Of a stretch of DNA of 13,909 nt, positions 8,263 through 13,909 are shown piece by piece. The notes under the pieces were generated by a model, which did not search any database, was not told the origin of the DNA, and saw only the letters and a list, made by a program, of their open reading frames with translations. The position numbers were made by a program, and so were the translations under genes. The first letter of the stretch is position 1, and each line of letters starts with the position of its first letter. The stretch is from positions 1 through 13,909 of the forward strand of contig JAWODC010000080.1 of assembly GCA_046483495.1 (NCBI GenBank). Reading direction: 5' to 3'. Source of the stretch: Desulfobacterales bacterium. GTDB lineage: Bacteria > Desulfobacterota > Desulfobacteria > Desulfobacterales > UBA5616.

Positions 8263-11200
8263 TTGGAAACAATATTTGATTTTTTTGCCAAACCAAAAGA
8301 TCCGAAGCGTTACACCGGTGTTAAGCTGGGCCTCGCTTCACCCGATCAGATACTCAAGTGGTCCCATGGTGAGATCAAAAAACCGGAGACCATAAACTAC
8401 CGGACCTTCAAGCCGGAGCGCGACGGACTTTTCTGTGCCAAAATATTCGGTCCGACAAAGGATTATGAATGCAACTGCGGCAAGTACAAACGCATGAAGC
8501 ACCGCGGCGTGATATGTGAAAAGTGCGGGGTGGAGGTTATACAATCCAAGGTCAGACGGGACCGCATGGCCCATATCGTTTTGGCCACACCGTGCGCCCA
8601 TATTTGGTTTTTAAAAAGCCTTCCGAGCAAAATCGGAAACTTGTTGGATATTACCCTTAAAAACATTGAAAAGGTGCTTTATTTTGACAGCCATATCGTT
8701 ATCGATCCAAAGCAGACGGATCTGGCCATGGGCCAATTGCTGTCCGAAGAAAAATACAGGGAGGCTTTGGATATTTACGGGCCGAATTTCGAAGCCGGAA
8801 TCGGTGCGGAAGCGGTCAAAATCATGCTGGAAAATATCGATCTGGACGAAACCTATGTTACATTGAAGGAAGAAATACGGGAAACCGGATCGGCGGCAAA
8901 GCGGCAGAAACTGTCGAAGCGGCTGAAAGTTGTCGATGCATTCAGAAAATCGGGGATAGACCCGGCCTGGATGATCATGGACGTTATTCCGGTGCTTCCT
9001 CCGGATTTGCGTCCACTGGTGCCCCTTGAAGGCGGCCGGTTCGCTACCTCGGATCTGAATGATCTTTACCGCCGGGTGATCAACCGAAACAACCGGTTAA
9101 AGCGGCTCATGGACTTAAACGCGCCGGACATCATTGTCAGAAATGAGAAGCGCATGCTGCAGGAGTCGGTGGACGTCCTTTTCGACAACGGCCGGCACGG
9201 ACGGGTGGTGACCGGAACCAACAAAAGGCCGCTGAAATCGCTAAGCGACACGTTGAAAGGAAAGCAGGGCCGTTTCCGCCAGAATCTTCTTGGGAAGCGG
9301 GTGGATTATTCCGGGCGAACCGTTATCACCGTGGGACCGGATTTGAGGCTGCATCAGTGCGGCTTGCCCAAAAAGATGGCCCTGGAGTTGTTCAAGCCTT
9401 TCGTGTACTACCGATTGGAGCAAAAAGGACTGGTATCCACCGTAAAAAGCGCCAAAAAATTGGTGGAAAAAGAAGTGCCGGAAGTATGGGATACCTTGGA
9501 CGAGGTCGTTCGGGAATATCCCGTGCTGTTAAACCGCGCCCCCACGCTTCACCGGTTGGGTTTTCAATCATTTGAGCCGATTTTGATTGAAGGAAAGGCG
9601 ATCCAACTTCACCCGCTGGTCTGCACGGCCTTCAATGCCGATTTCGACGGCGACCAGATGGCGGTTCACATTCCGCTTTCAGTCGAGGCCCAGATCGAAT
9701 CCCGGGTATTGATGCTCTCCTCCAACAATATCCTGTCGCCCGCAAACGGCAGTCCTATTATTGTCCCCAGCCAGGATATCGTCCTGGGCATTTATTACAT
9801 GACCCGGGGGGTTGAAGGCATCAAGGGAGAAGGCAAGCGATTTGCAAATGTTCACGAGGTCAGATGCGCTTATGATGCCGGAGAAGTCGATCTTCATGCG
9901 AACATCACTGTCCGCATCAAAGGAAAACGGATCGACACCTCCGTAGGACGGGTCTTGCTTTGGGAAATCATTCCCCAGGAGGAAATCGTCAAGCTTCGAC
10001 AGATCGCTCTCGAAGACGAAGCCGCCGCCGAGGATGTTGTCGATCGATTAAACAACGGCGCCGATTTCGCCACATTGGCCGACGAACTGTCCGTTGCCCG
10101 AAAAATCGGAAGCGGCGGCAGTGTAGGATATTTGAATAGAGAAGAATTTCAGCGGGTTTACGGTACCGATGATAAACAGACCAACACCGTCATAATGCTT
10201 GAAAAGGACGCTGTCAGCCCGATAATCGCTCTTGACGACGGACTGTACTACATCTTTCAAGTTGCGAATCGGCGGCATGAAATTCCTTTCGAGGTCGTCA
10301 ACCGAGTGATGGACAAAAAGGCCTTGAGAAATCTGGTGGATTATTCCTATCGCCAGTTGGGTCCGAAAGCCACGGTTATCCTTTCCGACCGGCTCAAAGA
10401 CATCGGATACCGCTATTCAACGAAGGGCGGAATTTCCATTTGTATCGACGATATGATTATACCCGAAGCGAAATGGGATATCCTCAATAAAGCCGAGGCA
10501 TTTGTCGAAGAAATCGACAAGCAGTACAATGAAGGCCTCATTACTCCGGGTGAGAAATACAACAAAGTGGTGGATATATGGGCAAAAGCAACCGACGATG
10601 TCGCCAATGAAATGATGGAATCCATGAAGGTGTTCCAGGCGGAAAAGGCTGACGGAACGGTTGTGGAACAGGAAAGCCTGAATTCGATTTACATGATGGC
10701 GGATTCCGGTGCAAGAGGCAGCAAGGACCAGATGAGGCAGCTCGCAGGTATGCGCGGATTGATGGCAAAACCTTCCGGTGAAATCATTGAAACGCCCATC
10801 AGCGCGAACTTCAGGGAAGGGCTTTCCGTTCTTCAGTACTTTATCTCCACGCACGGCGCCCGGAAGGGATTGGCGGATACGGCCCTGAAGACGGCCAACT
10901 CGGGTTACCTGACACGGCGATTGGCGGACGTTGCCCAGGATTGCACGGTCACGGAAGAAGATTGCGGGACCTTGATGGGAGTTGAAGTCGAACCGCTGTT
11001 GGAAGGCGGTGAGGTGATACAGCAGCTCGGCGAACGCATACTCGGCCGGGTTGCCATGGGAGACATTCTGGATCCGTTTACCGACGAAGTGTTGGTTTCT
11101 TCGGGAGATGATCTGGATGAAGAGGCCGTCAAGAAGATCGAGGATGCCGGTATTTCGTCCATCAAAATCAGGTCTGTGCTGACCTGCCGATCGAAATACG

Positions 11201-12630
11201 GGGTCTGCGCCAAATGCTACGGCAGGGATTTAGCCCACGGCAAGCAGGTTGAAATCGGCCAGGCCGTGGGGATTCTTGCGGCCCAATCCATCGGGGAGCC
11301 CGGAACCCAGTTGACCATGCGGACCTTCCACATCGGCGGGACTGCAAGCCGCCGCGTCGAACAGGCGGATATCCGGGCCAGGGTAGAAGGGACCATCAAG
11401 TATATCGATTTGAATGTCGTCCAAACCGACAATAATGAATACGTGGTGATGAACCGCCGCGGAGGCGAATTTTCCATTGTGGGTTCCACCGGTCGTGAGC
11501 TTGAGCGATTCCCCGTCATTTATGGCGCTCATCTCCATGTGAAGGAAGGCGAATCGGTCAGTCCCGGGGATTTGCTGGCCTCATGGGATCCGTTCACCAC
11601 CCCGATCCTTACAGAGGCTTCCGGTACGGTGAAATACGGCGATATCGTGCTTGGAAAAACCATGAATGAACAGGTGGACCCGGTGACGGGAAAAGCCAGC
11701 ATGACGATTATCGAATCCAAGAGCGGGGAGGACCGGCCGAGGATATCCATAAAGGATGAAACCGGAAAAACGGCTAAATTAGCACGTTCATCGGGTATTG
11801 CCCGTTACGTACTGCCGATCGGCGCCATTCTTTTGGCCGAGGAGGGGACCCGCGTAAAGGCGGGTGAAATCATTGCCAAACTGCCTCGGGCCACGACGAA
11901 AACAAAGGATATCACCGGCGGTTTACCGCGGGTTGCCGAACTTTTCGAAGTGCGCAAGCCCAAAGAAATCGCCGTTCTGAGCGAGATTGACGGGTACGTG
12001 ACGATTGAAAAGGGGACGCGCAAGGGCAAGCAGAAGGTGATGATAACACCCGTGGATGTGGGGGACAAAAAAGAATATCTGATCCCCCGCGGCAAACATA
12101 TCAGTGTTTATGACGGGGACTATGTCAGAGCCGGAGAGCCCCTTATCAGCGGATCGGCCATTCCCCAGGATATTCTGAACATCAAAGGCGAAATCGCTCT
12201 TGCATGCTATCTGGTGGATGAAGTTCAGGAGGTGTACCGGCTTCAGGGGGTTCGGATCAATGACAAGCACATCGAGGTGATCGTCAAGCAAATGATGCGG
12301 CGGGTCAAAGTGCTCGAGGCCGGTGATACGGACTTCATCGTAGAAGAGCAGGTCGATCGGATCAGGTTCGAAGATGCGAACCAGGAAGTCATTGAAAATG
12401 GGGGGAAGCCCGCAGTGGCGGAACCGTTGATTCTGGGGATAACAAAAGCGTCCTTAAGCACCGAAAGCTGGATATCAGCCGCCTCCTTTCAAGAAACGAC
12501 AAAAGTGCTGGCCGAAGCCGCCATCAATGGAAAAGTAGATCATTTAAACGGACTTAAAGAAAATTTTATAATGGGCAAACTGATTCCTGCCGGGACGGGT
12601 TTCTCGTCGTATGAAGACATTGCCGTCTAA
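8263..12630 (+). CDS. rpoC: DNA-directed RNA polymerase subunit beta', 1455 aa, carrying an extra ~100-aa parvulin-like insertion
   Basis: TTG start after SD AAGGAGG; zinc-binding CNCGKYK...CEKC; catalytic NADFDGD (9634-9654); bridge helix [26 protein letters not shown]; trigger loop [13 protein letters not shown]-terminal IPAGTG. Confidence 0.99.
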   Translation: METIFDFFAKPKDPKRYTGVKLGLASPDQILKWSHGEIKKPETINYRTFKPERDGLFCAKIFGPTKDYECNCGKYKRMKHRGVICEKCGVEVIQSKVRRDRMAHIVLATPCAHIWFLKSLPSKIGNLLDITLKNIEKVLYFDSHIVIDPKQTDLAMGQLLSEEKYREALDIYGPNFEAGIGAEAVKIMLENIDLDETYVTLKEEIRETGSAAKRQKLSKRLKVVDAFRKSGIDPAWMIMDVIPVLPPDLRPLVPLEGGRFATSDLNDLYRRVINRNNRLKRLMDLNAPDIIVRNEKRMLQESVDVLFDNGRHGRVVTGTNKRPLKSLSDTLKGKQGRFRQNLLGKRVDYSGRTVITVGPDLRLHQCGLPKKMALELFKPFVYYRLEQKGLVSTVKSAKKLVEKEVPEVWDTLDEVVREYPVLLNRAPTLHRLGFQSFEPILIEGKAIQLHPLVCTAFNADFDGDQMAVHIPLSVEAQIESRVLMLSSNNILSPANGSPIIVPSQDIVLGIYYMTRGVEGIKGEGKRFANVHEVRCAYDAGEVDLHANITVRIKGKRIDTSVGRVLLWEIIPQEEIVKLRQIALEDEAAAEDVVDRLNNGADFATLADELSVARKIGSGGSVGYLNREEFQRVYGTDDKQTNTVIMLEKDAVSPIIALDDGLYYIFQVANRRHEIPFEVVNRVMDKKALRNLVDYSYRQLGPKATVILSDRLKDIGYRYSTKGGISICIDDMIIPEAKWDILNKAEAFVEEIDKQYNEGLITPGEKYNKVVDIWAKATDDVANEMMESMKVFQAEKADGTVVEQESLNSIYMMADSGARGSKDQMRQLAGMRGLMAKPSGEIIETPISANFREGLSVLQYFISTHGARKGLADTALKTANSGYLTRRLADVAQDCTVTEEDCGTLMGVEVEPLLEGGEVIQQLGERILGRVAMGDILDPFTDEVLVSSGDDLDEEAVKKIEDAGISSIKIRSVLTCRSKYGVCAKCYGRDLAHGKQVEIGQAVGILAAQSIGEPGTQLTMRTFHIGGTASRRVEQADIRARVEGTIKYIDLNVVQTDNNEYVVMNRRGGEFSIVGSTGRELERFPVIYGAHLHVKEGESVSPGDLLASWDPFTTPILTEASGTVKYGDIVLGKTMNEQVDPVTGKASMTIIESKSGEDRPRISIKDETGKTAKLARSSGIARYVLPIGAILLAEEGTRVKAGEIIAKLPRATTKTKDITGGLPRVAELFEVRKPKEIAVLSEIDGYVTIEKGTRKGKQKVMITPVDVGDKKEYLIPRGKHISVYDGDYVRAGEPLISGSAIPQDILNIKGEIALACYLVDEVQEVYRLQGVRINDKHIEVIVKQMMRRVKVLEAGDTDFIVEEQVDRIRFEDANQEVIENGGKPAVAEPLILGITKASLSTESWISAASFQETTKVLAEAAINGKVDHLNGLKENFIMGKLIPAGTGFSSYEDIAV
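9979..10278 (+). other. Parvulin/PpiC (rotamase)-like domain inserted in frame in beta' (aa ~573-672)
   Basis: [49 protein letters not shown]...[26 protein letters not shown] follows the parvulin pattern HIL-x-A-x-L-x-G-x-DF-x-LA-x-S...GGDLG...S-x-P...GYHII-x-V. It splits the normally contiguous beta' segment [19 protein letters not shown]. Confidence 0.85.
11341..11907 (+). other. beta' trigger-loop insertion SI3 (beta'-i6), ~189 aa
   Basis: Segment between TFHIGG and [14 protein letters not shown] with sandwich-barrel hybrid-like repeats ([38 protein letters not shown]), similar in size to the proteobacterial SI3. Confidence 0.85.
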
Positions 12631-12675
12631 TCGGCATGAATTGAGAAAGCCGATAGGGAATTATACACAAAATGC

Positions 12676-12704
12676 TTGACATTGCTGCTCCTGATATATA
12701 CAAA
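12676..12704 (+). promoter_or_regulatory. Putative sigma70-type promoter for rpsL-rpsG-tuf
   Basis: Perfect -35 TTGACA (12676-12681), 17-nt spacer, imperfect -10 TACAAA (12699-12704), AT-rich sequence upstream; lies in the rpoC-rpsL spacer. Confidence 0.55.
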
Positions 12705-12758
12705 TGACGTTTTTATTGTCAGGTATTTTGGCCGTTTACCAGGGAAAATGAGGAGACC

Positions 12759-13130
12759 ATGCCGACCATCAATCAATTAGTTCGTAAGGGCAGAAAAAAA
12801 TTGAAAAAAAAGGCGACGACGCCGGCGCTTAAAAGCGCCCCTCAGAAACGTGGCGTTTGCACCAGAGTGTATACCTCGACCCCCAAAAAGCCGAACTCTG
12901 CATTGAGAAAAGTCGCAAGAGTCAGGCTCACCACCGGCATCGAGGTGACCGCGTATATTCCGGGGATCGGACATAATCTCCAGGAGCACTCGGTAGTGCT
13001 GGTCCGGGGCGGACGTGTAAAAGACCTGCCCGGGGTTCGGTACCATATCGTCAGGGGAACATTGGATTCCCTGGGCGTGGAAGACCGGAAACAGGGCCGT
13101 TCCAAATACGGTGCCAAAAAACCGAAGTAA
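12759..13130 (+). CDS. rpsL: 30S ribosomal protein S12
   Basis: [39 protein letters not shown] and [17 protein letters not shown] motifs. Confidence 0.99.
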   Translation: MPTINQLVRKGRKKLKKKATTPALKSAPQKRGVCTRVYTSTPKKPNSALRKVARVRLTTGIEVTAYIPGIGHNLQEHSVVLVRGGRVKDLPGVRYHIVRGTLDSLGVEDRKQGRSKYGAKKPK

Positions 13131-13196
13131 TTGATGTAAAAAGAGCTTTTCGAATTACTGCAACACGAATAGAGTCATCAAAAAAGGATGAAGTAA

Positions 13197-13667
13197 ATGC
13201 CCAGAAGAAGAGAAGTCCCCCAGAGGGAAATTATTCCGGATTCCAAATACGGCAGTAAGCTTGTGGCAAAGTTTATCCGGTCCATCATGCATGACGGTAA
13301 AAAGAGTACAGCGGAGGCCATTTTATACGATGCGCTGGATATTATCGGGGAAAAAACAAAGGAGCCGCCGATTAAGATATTCGAACAGTCTCTTGAAAAT
13401 GTAAAACCGATTATCGAGGTGAAATCCCGTCGAGTGGGGGGCTCTACTTACCAGGTGCCTACGGAAATCCGGCCGTCTCGACGCACCGCATTGGGCATTC
13501 GCTGGATCATCACCTTTGCACGAAGCCGAGCGGAAAAAGGAATGGCAGGAAAGCTGGCCGGTGAATTGATGGATGCCGCCAATAATCGGGGATCGGCGGT
13601 CAAGAAGAAGGAAGATACACATAAAATGGCGGAAGCAAATAAGGCTTTTGCACACTTCAGGTGGTAA
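13197..13667 (+). CDS. rpsG: 30S ribosomal protein S7
   Basis: [30 protein letters not shown] and [15 protein letters not shown] motifs. Confidence 0.99.
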   Translation: MPRRREVPQREIIPDSKYGSKLVAKFIRSIMHDGKKSTAEAILYDALDIIGEKTKEPPIKIFEQSLENVKPIIEVKSRRVGGSTYQVPTEIRPSRRTALGIRWIITFARSRAEKGMAGKLAGELMDAANNRGSAVKKKEDTHKMAEANKAFAHFRW

Positions 13668-13732
13668 CAACATGCGCATCCGCGCAACGTTTGGCTGATA
13701 AAAAGCCCGCGATCAAAGGGAGGGACGCTAAA

Positions 13733-13909
13733 ATGGCGAAGGAAAAGTTTCAGAGGACAAAGCCGCATGTGAATGTAGGGACGATCGGACACATCGATCA
13801 CGGCAAGACGACGTTGACGGCGGCGATCACGAAGCATATGGGGTTGAAGGGGATGGCGCAGTTTATCCCGTTTGACCAGATTGACAAGGCTCCGGAGGAG
13901 AAGGAGCGA
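13733..13909 (+). CDS. tuf: Elongation factor Tu, 5' end (partial, cut by window end)
   Basis: ATG 13733 after [67 protein letters not shown]. The P-loop GHIDHGKT and ID-x-APEEKER are diagnostic of EF-Tu rather than EF-G. Confidence 0.98.
   Translation, partial: MAKEKFQRTKPHVNVGTIGHIDHGKTTLTAAITKHMGLKGMAQFIPFDQIDKAPEEKER

Noticed and set aside
8240..8395. rpoB-rpoC fusion or readthrough, or a short ORF from the ATG (8243) directly after the rpoB stop
   Set aside because: The genes are separated by TAA and a 20-nt out-of-frame gap with a strong SD for rpoC. The short overlapping ORF has no recognisable features, and a frameshift model has no support.
9979..10278. The beta' insertion as an intein or mobile intron
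   Set aside because: No N-terminal Cys/Ser block A, no C-terminal His-Asn followed by Cys/Ser/Thr, no homing-endonuclease motif, and the frame is continuous. The motif order fits a parvulin fold instead.
11341..11907. SI3 insertion in beta' and the large variable inserts in beta as novelties
   Set aside because: These are known lineage-specific insertions of proteobacteria-like RNA polymerases and are of about the expected size.
12630..12654. Intrinsic terminator after rpoC (ATCGGC/GCCGAT)
   Set aside because: Six-bp stem with a 13-nt loop and no following T tract; too weak to call.
12870..13030. Possible streptomycin-resistance substitutions in rpsL
   Set aside because: TPKKPNSA and GGRVKDLPG are wild-type at the K42/K87-equivalent positions.
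3297..13837. Numerous minus-strand and alternate-frame ORFs of 60-200 aa inside rplJ, rplL, rpoB, rpoC, rpsL and rpsG
   Set aside because: They lie mostly or entirely over highly conserved genes, show no recognisable motifs, and are expected antisense shadows.

Overview
This window is the core bacterial transcription/translation cluster, all on the + strand: 'tuf(3' end)-rpmG-tRNA-Trp-secE-nusG-rplK-rplA-[L10 leader]-rplJ-rplL-rpoB-rpoC-rpsL-rpsG-tuf'(5' end). Protein features (beta' N-terminus [14 protein letters not shown], beta' SI3 insert, single-TM SecE) suggest a deltaproteobacterial/Desulfobacterota genome; this is inference, not a search result. The standout anomaly is an in-frame insertion of about 100 aa in RNA polymerase beta' (residues ~573-672, nt 9979-10278). 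By eye it aligns end to end with parvulin/PpiC-type peptidyl-prolyl isomerase domains, but the usual active-site His/Cys(Asp)/His residues are replaced. Second, fusA is absent from the str operon (rpsG is followed directly by tuf). The window also starts and ends inside same-orientation tuf sequence. No mobile elements, CRISPR arrays or rRNA genes were seen.
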